DNA of 64,000 bases from Alphaproteobacteria bacterium (GCA_033345155.1 JAWPOG010000045.1:5795-69794); one strand, 5' to 3'. Shown: positions 28,264 to 38,557, counted from the stretch's first letter. Translations and numbers: made by a program. The notes: generated by a model from the letters alone, not told the origin.

Positions 28264-28331
28264 ATTTACGCCCCTAATTTGATTATTTATATTTTTGCTT
28301 TATAATTACAAAAAATCAACGGAAAAAAACA

Positions 28332-29666
28332 ATGATAAAAATAACAATAGCAGGTCGTCCAAATACGGGCAAATCGACACTTTTCAATGCGCTGACGGGA
28401 ACGCGTGATGCGCTGGTTCATGACCGTCCTGGGGTCACGCGCGATACAATTTCGGGTGATTTTCGTGACCGCCCTTACAAGCTGTATGACACGGCTGGCT
28501 TGGAACGCGCCAATTCTGGTATTGCGCTGGATTCCACCAATATGGCGATTGATGCGGTATCGAACGCAGACGCTGTTTTGTTTGTGGTTGATGGTCGTGC
28601 TGGATTGACCAACGAAGACCTTGATTGGGCCAAACTGGTTCGCCGCAAAACACGCGCGCCAGTATTGTTGCTGGTAAACAAAAGCGAATCGGCAAAGCGC
28701 CTGGCTAATATCCATGATTTCTATAAATTGGGTTTTGGCGAACCTGTTTTGGTATCGGCCGAACACAAACGCGGTTTTGGCGAGATTTACGAATTTCTGG
28801 ATAAAATTGCAGGCGACGCCGCAAATGCGACTGTTCCTGAACGGTCGTCCGACAACCGCATTAAAATCGCAATCCTGGGCCAGCCAAATGTCGGCAAATC
28901 GACATTTGTAAATCGTGTTCTGGGCGAAAAGCGTCAAATCGTAATGGATGCGCCTGGTATTACCCGTGACACGGTAAAAATCCCGACCAAATTCTATGGA
29001 CGTGATATTGTTTTGATGGATACGGCGGGACTTCGTCGCAAGGCGGGGGTAACGGATGATGTTGAAACATTATCGGCATTAAAGTCGCTAGATGCGATTG
29101 ACAAAGCTGATGTTGTAATTTTAATGGTTGATGCCACCAGAAATATTGAAAATCAGGCCTTAGGAATCGCATCGCGCGTCTATAATGCGGGCAAGATTTT
29201 ATGCGTTGCTCTGAACAAATGGGATTTAGTGGAACCTGAAATTCGTGATGAAAAATTACTGAAATTAAAGCATCAATTTTCCAAATCTTTTCACCAGATT
29301 ATCAAGCCCATGATTTTGGCGGTATCTGCTGAAACGGGTACTGGTGTCCAGAATATGTTTCGTCGCATTTATGAACAGTGGGATATCTCAAATGCCCAGG
29401 CGCCAACCAGTTTGATAAATCGGATTGTTGAAAAATTGGTCGCAGACCGTCAGCCGCCTTTGTCGCGACTAAAGCGCCCAATGAAGATTAAGTTTGCCCG
29501 TCAAACAGGCCGTCATCCAATGCGTATCACAATAAATGTTGGTGGTGCGTCTGATATCCCAGAATCATATACTCGTTATTTGCGTCGTGGGTTGGCAACT
29601 GCACTGAAATGGGAACATTTGCCAATTGTGATTGAATACGAAAAATCTGAAAATCCATACGATTAA
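28332..29666 (+). CDS. der: Ribosome-associated GTPase Der (EngA), tandem G-domains
   Basis: Two GTPase domains (GRPNTGKSTLFN and GQPNVGKSTFVN) plus a KH-like C-terminus. Confidence 0.95.
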   Translation: MIKITIAGRPNTGKSTLFNALTGTRDALVHDRPGVTRDTISGDFRDRPYKLYDTAGLERANSGIALDSTNMAIDAVSNADAVLFVVDGRAGLTNEDLDWAKLVRRKTRAPVLLLVNKSESAKRLANIHDFYKLGFGEPVLVSAEHKRGFGEIYEFLDKIAGDAANATVPERSSDNRIKIAILGQPNVGKSTFVNRVLGEKRQIVMDAPGITRDTVKIPTKFYGRDIVLMDTAGLRRKAGVTDDVETLSALKSLDAIDKADVVILMVDATRNIENQALGIASRVYNAGKILCVALNKWDLVEPEIRDEKLLKLKHQFSKSFHQIIKPMILAVSAETGTGVQNMFRRIYEQWDISNAQAPTSLINRIVEKLVADRQPPLSRLKRPMKIKFARQTGRHPMRITINVGGASDIPESYTRYLRRGLATALKWEHLPIVIEYEKSENPYD

Positions 29667-29780
29667 TCCCCTTCGTCTGGCGAAGGGGTGGCGCGAATGC
29701 GCCGGGGTAGTGGTAAAATAAGGACGAATTATGAAATTACCTGTAAATAATCCCCTTCGCCAGCGAAGGGGATTTAGTTG
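29667..29780. repeat. Pair of palindromes atccccttcgYcWgcgaagggg about 85 bp apart
   Basis: tccccttcgtctggcgaagggg (29667-29688) and atccccttcgccagcgaaggggat (29751-29774). First copy abuts the der stop. Confidence 0.8.
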
Positions 29781-30184
29781 CACTATTGTATTTCTCTTTC
29801 TGCTCTTAAAAACTATAATTCTCCCCAATCCCCAGTCCCACGGCCACACCAAATGCCCCAGGTCCCCATGTCCAGTGCTTTGTGCAGCAAAGATTCCAAT
29901 ACTGTTGCGTGTATTTGGTGCGAACATTGGGTTTGCGTATGTTGTCAGTGGCGATATAATCAGGCAAAAACATCAGTACGTGTTTCATGTGAAAAATTAT
30001 GCCACTTAAATGCCCGCATATCTATTTGATAAAAATCTTAAATATAGCATAAAACACATGACTAAACTATTTACAGAGCGCCAAAAAATTGATATAATCA
30101 CAATAAACATACATGCGTTGTGCATGGTGTTTGTGTATAGAAAGGTTGGGTTTCTGGGTTGTCCAGAACACAAGGAGAGTTTTT

Positions 30185-32377
30185 ATGAGAAATCAAAAAG
30201 TTGCGAATTCTGTAAAAAATGCGATTGGGACGGTCTTTTTGTTGACTGGTGCTTTTTTTGTATGTTCGACAATGTTGTCAATTCGTTCGGTTTTTGCAGA
30301 TCCGGTTGCGCCGGCAGACCCTGTTGCATCGCAGACAGGCCCCAGGTCCGATGGGGTGGTGCGTTCTGGTCGTGCCAATGCGCGCGCCAACGCAACACGT
30401 ACAACATCATCAAATCCATCTCGCACAACCAGATCACGCAGCACTGTTCAGCCTCGTGCGGTTTCTTCCCGCGCGAATGCGACTGTGGCGGGACGCACAA
30501 ATGTCTCGCCATCTCGCAATGTTGTTTCTCGTGCGAATGTGGTTGCGAATCGTGCGAACGCTTCAAATGTACGTTCGGTTCGTGCACGAACTGCTACGAC
30601 GGATGCAACAAACGCTTCGCGTATTTCATTGCAGGGTAATGCTATTCGTGGGTCCAAGCTGTCCACTACGGGGGGTGTGACTTCCACTTATTCGTATCTC
30701 AGCAGCAAATTGCGCACAGGCAACTATTCAAACATCATTGATGCATCCACCGGATTGATTTCTGCGGACGCGTTCAACAATTGTATGGAATCTTATTATA
30801 CCTGTATGGATGAAATTTGTACTGCACGTAATGCGGCCCAGCGTCGTTGTGCGTGCGCCGGTCGTGTCAGGGCATTCGCCGATGCCGAAACCGCGCTAGA
30901 GACCGCTAACGAAGAATTGATTAAGGTTTCTGGTGAATTGGCTTTGTTGGTTGCGAACAAGGGCAAGGATATTTCCGATGCTTTCCAGTTAACGGACGCA
31001 GAAAAGGTTTTGAATTGTGTTTCATGGCAAGAAGTGACAGGTAAATATGGTCTGTCTTCTGAAGAGGCTGTAGACTGGTGCTATAATCACGGTTTTTATG
31101 GCAGTAATGGTGGCAAGGTTTCTTCGTGTGCAAAGCCATCATATTGTTCAGAATCCGGTAATAATTTTGGGTTTGATGTGACAAATCTTGATGGCAACAG
31201 TACTGATATCCTTGCGTCATTACAATCGTGGGCCGACGCCAAGGAACAGACAATAACCATCCTTGACCAAGATGAAGATGGTTTGTTGGCATCTTTTGAG
31301 AACCTGTCGTCTGTAATCAGCGGACTGGCCGGCATTGGCGGTACATTAGATTCATCAGACGATTTAAAGGACAGCCTGGCCGAGACCTGGGGCTATGAAT
31401 TGTTTGAATATGCGCATAATAATGTTTGCGCACGTGTTTTGGATTCTTGTTTTAACGGCATTTACGAGGCTTGTGGAACCCCGCCATCTGGCACCAAGTG
31501 CAGCAGTGGTACGGCCCAATGTCCATATAATTATAACAGCAAGATAAGCGTAAACAATTCTGGTACATACGAATTGAACTTTGTGACACCGTCCAGTGGT
31601 TATTCGGCAACAAATTCTGCAGCTTGTTTTGGTTATGCATCCACATCAGGTGACCCTTATTCAAGTTTGCGCGGTCCTGTTGCAGACGCTCGTCGCAGTA
31701 TTATGCAGAAATACGCATTGGATGCAAATGCAGATTGCGATGCTTATGGCGAACAGTTGCGTGCCACGGCCCAGAACATTGGTTATCAAAAGGTTGCAGC
31801 GCAACAGGCCCTGCAGCAAAAGCGTCTGGAATTTGCAAACGAAGAACGTGACACAATCCTGGCCAATGCGTTGCAGGCAGGAACAAATTTTGAAGCGTGT
31901 ATCAGTGAACTGTACGAATGTTATGATGCCCAGCTAGACAGTCACGGCCCAGGCAAGAATACTGTTTGGACGGTATCTCGTATCCGCACATATTGCGCCC
32001 AGGTTGCAAATGTTCCTTCTTGCTATGAAGAAATGATATGCACGCCATCTTCGGCTCAGTTCAAGGCGGTTGTCGATGTTGCTGACAAAAGCAATTGTTT
32101 CAGCAGTCAGGACTACACAACAAACACCTGTCGTAACATTGTAACCCTGAACGAGATTATCAATGGTACAGGTGCAATAGGTGACGAAGTCAATGATATC
32201 AACAATTTGATTTTGGCTGGCACATTATACAATAACAACAGCAATGTTAATTCCGCTGCTTTGCGTGAATATTGCTTGCGCGATGCAATCGGTCTTGACG
32301 AAAATGACGAGGTTGCAATCCGAACATGGCTAAAAACAGAATGGGATAATATGCAGGCCGCAGCAAATGAACAGTAA
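30185..32377 (+). CDS. Large secreted cysteine-rich protein with N-terminal (S/V)RAN-repeat low-complexity region (731 aa)
   Basis: RBS ggagag, ATG at 30185. Signal-anchor AIGTVFLLTGAFFVCSTMLSI. Residues about 60-170 are R/S/N/A/T/V-rich with reiterated SRANA/SRANV units. The remaining ~560 aa contain more than 30 Cys in CxC/CxxC patterns. GC-rich codon usage. Confidence 0.7.
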   Translation: MRNQKVANSVKNAIGTVFLLTGAFFVCSTMLSIRSVFADPVAPADPVASQTGPRSDGVVRSGRANARANATRTTSSNPSRTTRSRSTVQPRAVSSRANATVAGRTNVSPSRNVVSRANVVANRANASNVRSVRARTATTDATNASRISLQGNAIRGSKLSTTGGVTSTYSYLSSKLRTGNYSNIIDASTGLISADAFNNCMESYYTCMDEICTARNAAQRRCACAGRVRAFADAETALETANEELIKVSGELALLVANKGKDISDAFQLTDAEKVLNCVSWQEVTGKYGLSSEEAVDWCYNHGFYGSNGGKVSSCAKPSYCSESGNNFGFDVTNLDGNSTDILASLQSWADAKEQTITILDQDEDGLLASFENLSSVISGLAGIGGTLDSSDDLKDSLAETWGYELFEYAHNNVCARVLDSCFNGIYEACGTPPSGTKCSSGTAQCPYNYNSKISVNNSGTYELNFVTPSSGYSATNSAACFGYASTSGDPYSSLRGPVADARRSIMQKYALDANADCDAYGEQLRATAQNIGYQKVAAQQALQQKRLEFANEERDTILANALQAGTNFEACISELYECYDAQLDSHGPGKNTVWTVSRIRTYCAQVANVPSCYEEMICTPSSAQFKAVVDVADKSNCFSSQDYTTNTCRNIVTLNEIINGTGAIGDEVNDINNLILAGTLYNNNSNVNSAALREYCLRDAIGLDENDEVAIRTWLKTEWDNMQAAANEQ

Positions 32378-32378
32378 A

Positions 32379-32410
32379 ATAAAAATCCCGCATTTGCGGG
32401 ATTTTTTATT
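32379..32410. terminator. Bidirectional terminator shared by convergent genes
   Basis: aataaaaatcccgcatttgcgggattttttatttg. Confidence 0.8.
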
Positions 32411-32930
32411 TGATTATTATTGGTGACCACGAACTGGTGTCAATGTTTTTCAAATCTGTGGGCATGCTGGATGTAACCAGCAGATTCCAGTTCTGGGTGC
32501 GACCGAATGGTCCAAGTTTTCCGCGCACATTTAATACGCCTGGTTTGTCCTGCCAGATTACACAGGAATAAGCCTTGCCAGATGTCGGATCCATAACTTT
32601 TCCGTCATTGTATTCATTTTCATCTGCGTCCCATTTCATATCCCAAATAATGTCCAGCCCTGTCATTTTTGGGGCGCCTTTTACATTGTCGGCAATGTGG
32701 GTTGGATTGGCCAGTGTTTCGGAAATCTTGCCATCTGCCCCATACAGAGCGATAATGCGTCCTGCGATATTTTTATCCTTGCCATCGTTATATTCATACA
32801 GCGCAACAATCGATTTGGGTGTATTTGTCTGGTCGTCAATTGTCTGATATATACCAACAAATGGCGATGATGCATTTGCCAGTACTGGCATAAACACACA
32901 CGCGGCCACAGATAAAAGTCTTATATTCAT
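32406..32930 (-). CDS. DUF2147-family secreted protein
   Basis: Signal peptide, and the GKI..LYG..GK and DIIWDMKW...GKVMDPTSGKAYSC pattern typical of DUF2147. Confidence 0.65.
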   Translation of the reverse strand: MNIRLLSVAACVFMPVLANASSPFVGIYQTIDDQTNTPKSIVALYEYNDGKDKNIAGRIIALYGADGKISETLANPTHIADNVKGAPKMTGLDIIWDMKWDADENEYNDGKVMDPTSGKAYSCVIWQDKPGVLNVRGKLGPFGRTQNWNLLVTSSMPTDLKNIDTSSWSPIIIK

Positions 32931-33086
32931 ATTCCTTTCCTTTTTGATTTTATTCCTAGACGAACAGGGTATAATTTATCTTAAATAAAAAAGTTTTACA
33001 ACGGTTCTTATAGTAACTTGACAAACGGTTGGTTCGTGTTATTCTGATGGTAAAATTAAGAAGTAAGATTTATACGGTGTTATAAA

Positions 33087-33440
33087 ATGGATATGGAATT
33101 AATAGATTTTATTCGCGGTGTGTTGATATCCGGCGGTGTGTGTGTCTATTCTGACGAAACCGGAAATATAAAAGAATACACTGCGCCTATGTCTGAATCA
33201 CAATTTGTGAATTTGTCTCGAATGGTTTTATCATCAACGCCCCAAGAAACCAGGGCTAAATACACAGTTTGCGTTGGTGATATAGCGATGACAGAAATTG
33301 TTATTTCCAGCAAGAAAAGGATTTTTACACCCGAAGAACAGGCGATTTTAGGGCTGTTCAATTTATGTGCCAAGCAGGTTATCGCCCAGGAAATGCGCGC
33401 AATTATGAATATGGCCACAGGAAAGGTGTATCACTGTTAA
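33087..33440 (+). CDS. Hypothetical protein (117 aa)
   Basis: Intact ORF with good coding potential. No motif recognised. Confidence 0.4.
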   Translation: MDMELIDFIRGVLISGGVCVYSDETGNIKEYTAPMSESQFVNLSRMVLSSTPQETRAKYTVCVGDIAMTEIVISSKKRIFTPEEQAILGLFNLCAKQVIAQEMRAIMNMATGKVYHC

Positions 33441-33442
33441 GA

Positions 33443-34165
33443 CTAGATTGCGCGCGCCACACGACAAAATGTTACGCCGTAAACAGCTGTTGCGCCCGCC
33501 TGAATCAGCACTCGTCTCAGTTCGGAAAATGTTGCGCCAGTTGTCATAACATCATCGACCAGTAAAATCCGTTTACCTCGAATTTTATCAGGCCTGGTAA
33601 CCCAGAAGCATCCACGAATATTTTCTGCGCGTTCGCGTGCATTTTTATGTCCCATATCATCACGATATTTACGATGAACTGAATCCAAATCCATTTTTAT
33701 ACCTGTGGCCTTGGCGATTGGTCGTGCCAATAATGTGGCCTGGTTGTATCCACGTTTGAACAGCCTGCGATTTGCCAAAGGCACCGGCATAATAACATCT
33801 GCGTCTATTTGAATATCGTGCAAAGCCAATATCATTGCACGTGCCATAAAACGCGCATAGCGGATTTTTCCACCATGCTTAAACGGCAACATGGCCGCAC
33901 GTGACGCATCATCATACACGCACGCAGACCGTATCCAGTCCAATTCAGATTTTCCAGCCGCACAAACCGGACACAGTGGCATGCCACCCAAATCCAAATC
34001 TGCTGGGAACGGATATCCGCATTTGACGCATTTTGGGTTGTTAATCCAGTTCAACTTGGTCCAACATGTTGCGCATAATTCGCCGTGTGTTAAAACCGGC
34101 GTATCACACAAAGGACACGCCGGCGGAAATATAAAACTGGTTAAATCAGACAGTATTTTTACCAC
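33443..34165 (-). CDS. comF: ComF/GntX-family phosphoribosyltransferase-domain protein
   Basis: N-terminal Zn-finger CPLCDTP...CATCW...CVKCGYPF and C-terminal PRTase motif ILLVDDVMTTGATFSE. Confidence 0.8.
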   Translation of the reverse strand: MVKILSDLTSFIFPPACPLCDTPVLTHGELCATCWTKLNWINNPKCVKCGYPFPADLDLGGMPLCPVCAAGKSELDWIRSACVYDDASRAAMLPFKHGGKIRYARFMARAMILALHDIQIDADVIMPVPLANRRLFKRGYNQATLLARPIAKATGIKMDLDSVHRKYRDDMGHKNARERAENIRGCFWVTRPDKIRGKRILLVDDVMTTGATFSELRRVLIQAGATAVYGVTFCRVARAI

Positions 34166-35355
34166 GACATTCTGGACGCTTGGTTATCTGTGTCACCACC
34201 AAAGATATCACGTTGTTGTTGGGACAGTGTCTCGTACTGGTCGCTGGAAATAATACGCAGGGTCAAGCCAGAATCTGTATCATTCGATAACACAGGTATA
34301 ATATGTTGCTGGGAAACCCCGTTATCGATAAGTGCCTGTTCCACAATTGCCAAACGGCGGGCTGCTAATTTGCGTCCATTTTTTGTTTTGGTCATTCTTT
34401 TTGGAATCCCCAGCTGAATCGCGCGTGTTGGTTTTCTGACCACGATACCTGCGTACTCCATCAACAGATTGTAATTGTCACGTGACAATGCAGAATCATC
34501 GTTACGAAATTTGATTTTTATTTCCAGTGGACGAATTCTGTTTTCTTCGGACAGATCGCGTTGCGATGAAAAACGAGCAACCGTTGCAGACATATTGCTG
34601 GCCACATCAAATTCATCATCTGGATAGGTTGACAAGTGTTTGTTTTCTGACAAGAAAGTCTTTCTGAATGCCTGACGCAGTTCTGCTGGATTCATATTTG
34701 TCATATCGTCACGCGCCATGATGATTCGCGGTGTGTTTTTCTTTTTAACATCGCGCACAATAACATCCTTGTTTTTAATTGATGCTGTGCGTTGAGTGGA
34801 TTTGCCTTGTGTTTTTGTCTTTGTTGCGGCGACAATCTCGCCAGATGCGTTTCGTGCGCTTGTGCGTTTTTGCAATTGTTTTGGCGATTCGACCTGGTTG
34901 TTATTTTTCGCCATTGGCGTCAAGACCGGCGCAGGTACAGGTGCTGTGACAATTTTTTTACCAATGCTTTCTTCGGGCAACAGACTGTCTGAACGAATCA
35001 CCGAAAATTCATTTGCTGTTGGCATACGCAAAGCAAAATCATTTGTTGTACTGGTGCTGTTTTTTGCCCACAAATCATCGCTTGGTCGTTGTGGCAACAG
35101 CACATCATTAACCGTCAACAATTGTTCCCCAGTATCAACAGGTGTCGCCGTCATTGGCTTTTGTGCGGTTCGCGCAACCACAGTTCTTGTTCGTGTAGAT
35201 TCGGCGACCTTTGTATTTGTTTTTGCGACTTCTTCTCCGAATGCGCTGCGCGCAGAAACACCAGCGGATGCAATATTTACAACCGGCAAACGCGCCATCG
35301 CCACAGTTGGCATTACGACCAGAACTGATAATATACTAACTGTAATAAAACGCAT
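34159..35355 (-). CDS. Secreted hypothetical protein, possible OmpA-C-like C-terminal domain
   Basis: Start chosen at MRFITVSILSVLVVMPTVAMA (signal peptide) with a GGAAGG RBS. C-terminus ...KLAARRLAIVEQALIDNGV resembles the OmpA_C fold pattern. Weak. Confidence 0.45.
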   Translation of the reverse strand: MRFITVSILSVLVVMPTVAMARLPVVNIASAGVSARSAFGEEVAKTNTKVAESTRTRTVVARTAQKPMTATPVDTGEQLLTVNDVLLPQRPSDDLWAKNSTSTTNDFALRMPTANEFSVIRSDSLLPEESIGKKIVTAPVPAPVLTPMAKNNNQVESPKQLQKRTSARNASGEIVAATKTKTQGKSTQRTASIKNKDVIVRDVKKKNTPRIIMARDDMTNMNPAELRQAFRKTFLSENKHLSTYPDDEFDVASNMSATVARFSSQRDLSEENRIRPLEIKIKFRNDDSALSRDNYNLLMEYAGIVVRKPTRAIQLGIPKRMTKTKNGRKLAARRLAIVEQALIDNGVSQQHIIPVLSNDTDSGLTLRIISSDQYETLSQQQRDIFGGDTDNQASRMSW

Positions 35356-35497
35356 GGTTTCCTTTCCTTCCATCCTTATCATATAACAAATGTCGAATCG
35401 CACGCAAGTGGAAAATGTTGTTTTAACGACAATACCTTGCATAAAAATAAATGACTGTTATAATTCAGGCGAACAATGAACCAAAGGACAAGTTTAT

Positions 35498-36094
35498 ATG
35501 TTGAAAAAAACGGATGTAGTCTTATTTGATTTTGATGGCACTTTATCGGGCCAGGATTCCAATGTTGCGTTTGCCCGTTATTGCTTTCGTCGCAGTATTC
35601 GTCCGTGGTTTTATTTGCCGTTGATTGGTGTTTGTGGGATTGTTCGTTGTTTTTGTCCAGATGGAATATGGTGGCGCGAAAATATTCGTCGTTTTATTAC
35701 ACCGCAAATGATTAAGAGATTTGCGCCTGGTTTTATCAAACAACACAAACGTGAACGATTTGGTTGGGCGCGCGACAGGGTTCGGGCCGAGCGTGACGCA
35801 GGCCGCAGGGTTTTACTGATTTCTGCCAGCCCAGATTATTTATTGCCTGCCTTGGTAAGGGATATGAAATTTGACGCGGTTTTTTGTTCAGTGACCAACA
35901 AGAAAAAGCCATGGAAATATGAATTTTTATGCTGGGGCAAAAACAAGGTCTTGGCGATGGATGAATGGGCATGCGAAAACAAAATGATTCCGCATGTGGT
36001 GCGTGCGTATTCGGACAGCAAATCGGATATGCCAATGATGGAAATCGCCGCCGAGCAGGTTTGGATTGATAAAAAAACGGGGCTAAGAAAATAG
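35498..36094 (+). CDS. HAD-superfamily hydrolase (subfamily IB-like)
   Basis: Motif I FDFDGTL near the N-terminus, and a later ...YSDSKSDMPMM Asp motif. Confidence 0.75.
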   Translation: MLKKTDVVLFDFDGTLSGQDSNVAFARYCFRRSIRPWFYLPLIGVCGIVRCFCPDGIWWRENIRRFITPQMIKRFAPGFIKQHKRERFGWARDRVRAERDAGRRVLLISASPDYLLPALVRDMKFDAVFCSVTNKKKPWKYEFLCWGKNKVLAMDEWACENKMIPHVVRAYSDSKSDMPMMEIAAEQVWIDKKTGLRK

Positions 36095-36134
36095 TCCTGG
36101 TGCATTTTTTGTTCGACAATGTTAAAGTGTTTCT

Positions 36135-36407
36135 GTGATGTTACTAGAAACACTTTTTGATTTATTCAGTGCGTCTACCGGTGCTATATGTGGTGCCTTG
36201 TTTGCATTTTTTTTGAATCACAGACGTAACAAATCAATGTCTTCCCAGTTGTTGGTCAGTCGTCAGACACTAGAAAAAATCAAACTGGAAAATGAATTTT
36301 TGTTAAAGCAAATTCATGACAAAGAAAATTTAATTTTGCGGATGCAGATGGAAATTCTGGGTAAAAAAGGTTCGGCAAAGACTAAAACAAAAAAATCTAA
36401 AAACTAA
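36135..36407 (+). CDS. Small bitopic protein: N-terminal TM then coiled coil (FtsL/FtsB-like topology), 90 aa
   Basis: TM GAICGALFAFFL, then heptad-like LEKIKLENEFLLKQIHDKENLILRMQMEIL. Sits immediately upstream of the PBP-mraY-ftsW-murG cluster. Confidence 0.4.
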   Translation: MMLLETLFDLFSASTGAICGALFAFFLNHRRNKSMSSQLLVSRQTLEKIKLENEFLLKQIHDKENLILRMQMEILGKKGSAKTKTKKSKN

Positions 36408-36449
36408 ATATTTGCAAACGGCTTTTTTTTATCCTAGAATTTACCTGTT

Positions 36450-38489
36450 ATGAAATTTAAAAAGTTTTTGCGCATATTATTGAATATCTTTTTTTGGATT
36501 TTCGTCGCATGTATCGCGACACTGGCGATATTGATTTTGATTTATGGTAATGATTTGCCAGACTATAAAAAGTTGGCGACATATGCGCCGCCTGTTGCAA
36601 CCCGACTGTATGCATCTGATGGTTCTTTGTTGCAAGAATACGCCGAAGAGCGTCGTGTGTTCATTGATTATGATGATATGCCACCAATGCTGGTAAACGC
36701 CTTCATTGCGGCCGAGGATCAAAATTTCTGGACTCATCCAGGTATTGATGTTCAGGGCATAACCCGCGCGTTGGCGAACAACGCATTGCGTGTATTTGGA
36801 TACGACACAACGTTGTCTGGCGCATCAACCATAACCCAACAGGTTGCCAAGAATTTCTTTTTGACATCCGAACGCACGATTTCCAGAAAAATAAAAGAAG
36901 CTATACTGGCTTTGCGGCTGGAACGCAGTTTTTCCAAGCAACATATTTTAACCTTGTATATGAATCAGATATTTTTGGGTGCGCGTGCTTATGGTGTTGG
37001 ATCGGCGGCATTGATGTATTTTAACAAACCGGTATCAGATTTAACATTGGCGGAATGTGCATTTTTGGCCTCTTTGCCCAAGAGTCCAAATGACAGCGCC
37101 CGTGCTATGGATCGTCGCAACTATGTGTTGCGCCGCATGGTCGAAGAAGGCTATATAACCCAAGCCCAGGCTGATGCCACCGTCACCGAAGAATTAAATA
37201 TCAACAGTGGTTTTACCGCCCAAATGGAAGAAGATTTCCAATATTTTGCCGAAGATGTTCGCCGTCAGTTACTGGGTGTGTTGGGACGCGAAACCTTGTA
37301 TAACCAAGGATTGTACATAAAAACAACAATTGTTCCCGAATTGCAACGCGCCGCCGCCGCCGCCCTGAAAAAAGAATTGGACGCATATAATGCCGGTCGT
37401 AGCGAAAAATTACAGGGCGCAATCATTGCTATGAATCCACACACAGGTCGCATTGTTGCGATGACCGGGGGTTACTCTTTTAGCGACAGTTCTTTTAACC
37501 GCGCAACCCAGGCGTATCGTCAAATTGGATCTACCATTAAACCATTTGTGTATCTTGCCGCATTGGAGCGCGGTTTCAGCCCCCAGACAATGATTCTGGA
37601 TGCGCCGATTGTTGGGTGGCGTGAAAACGACATGTTGTGGAAGCCTGAAAATTACGACAAAAAATTCCTGGGCGATGTTCCGTTGCGTCTGTCATTGGAA
37701 ACATCTCGCAATGTGCCAACGGTTCGTTTGGTGGAACAAATTGGCACGCAGAATGCGATTGAGGTTGCCCAACGTTTTGGTGTTTATCCGTCTGATATGC
37801 CCAATATAAATTTATCTATGGCATTGGGGTCCGGCGAGACGACGCTGGAAAAATTGGTATTGGGTTATTCTGCATTTGTAAATGGCGGTCATGCGATACA
37901 GCCTCGCTTGGTCGATTATGTCGAGGACAGATACGGACGCCTGATTGATGGCGCGCCGACCCAGATTATTCAATGGTCTGACGATTTGTTGCCACCCCAG
38001 AAAGAAAACGAATCTGAATTATTGTCAGATCCGCAAAGTTTATATCAAATCGTATCTATTTTACAGGGGGTGGTTGAACGTGGTACCGGCAAACAGGCGC
38101 GTGTTCCCGGTCATACAATTGCAGGTAAAACAGGCACATCTAACGATGTCAAAGATGTATGGTTTATCGGTTTTTCCAAGAATCTGATTGCCGGTGTCTA
38201 TTTGGGCTTTGATACACCAAAATCGTTGGGGGCAGGGGCGGGTTCTCATATGGCGTCGCGTGTTTTTTCTGATTTTATGAGTGTTGCCCTGGCCAATGAA
38301 AAGAATCAGCCTTTTGCGGTCCCTGATGGCATGACATTTATGCGTGTCAACCGTCGCAGTGGTGCATCTGCCACGGCCGATCCAAATGGCACAATTATTC
38401 AAGAGGTTTTCAAACCCGGGCAATTCCCAAATCCTGCACCACAGCAAAACACAATGAAATCCAGCGCGGTTGTTGGGGGTGTTTTCTAA
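36450..38489 (+). CDS. Class A penicillin-binding protein (bifunctional transglycosylase/transpeptidase, PBP1A family), short form
   Basis: GT motif AAEDQNFWTHPGID, TP motifs STIKPF (SxxK) and KTGT. 679 aa. Confidence 0.85.
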   Translation: MKFKKFLRILLNIFFWIFVACIATLAILILIYGNDLPDYKKLATYAPPVATRLYASDGSLLQEYAEERRVFIDYDDMPPMLVNAFIAAEDQNFWTHPGIDVQGITRALANNALRVFGYDTTLSGASTITQQVAKNFFLTSERTISRKIKEAILALRLERSFSKQHILTLYMNQIFLGARAYGVGSAALMYFNKPVSDLTLAECAFLASLPKSPNDSARAMDRRNYVLRRMVEEGYITQAQADATVTEELNINSGFTAQMEEDFQYFAEDVRRQLLGVLGRETLYNQGLYIKTTIVPELQRAAAAALKKELDAYNAGRSEKLQGAIIAMNPHTGRIVAMTGGYSFSDSSFNRATQAYRQIGSTIKPFVYLAALERGFSPQTMILDAPIVGWRENDMLWKPENYDKKFLGDVPLRLSLETSRNVPTVRLVEQIGTQNAIEVAQRFGVYPSDMPNINLSMALGSGETTLEKLVLGYSAFVNGGHAIQPRLVDYVEDRYGRLIDGAPTQIIQWSDDLLPPQKENESELLSDPQSLYQIVSILQGVVERGTGKQARVPGHTIAGKTGTSNDVKDVWFIGFSKNLIAGVYLGFDTPKSLGAGAGSHMASRVFSDFMSVALANEKNQPFAVPDGMTFMRVNRRSGASATADPNGTIIQEVFKPGQFPNPAPQQNTMKSSAVVGGVF

Positions 38490-38557
38490 ATTGTATAATA
38501 ACATTTGTATATCGCGTCTTTTGTGATAAAATGGCAGTATAAGGAAAGGATTTTTTT

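Noticed and set aside
30010-30680. ORFs 30010..30639 (+), 30249..30680 (+) and 30183..30587 (-), overlapping the start of the Cys-rich protein gene
   Set aside because: Alternative frames through GC-rich low-complexity DNA. The frame with RBS, signal peptide and 731-aa continuity is the only coherent one.
34796-35386. 196-aa plus-strand ORF
   Set aside because: Antisense to the secreted-protein gene 34159..35355. Ala/Thr-rich artefact.
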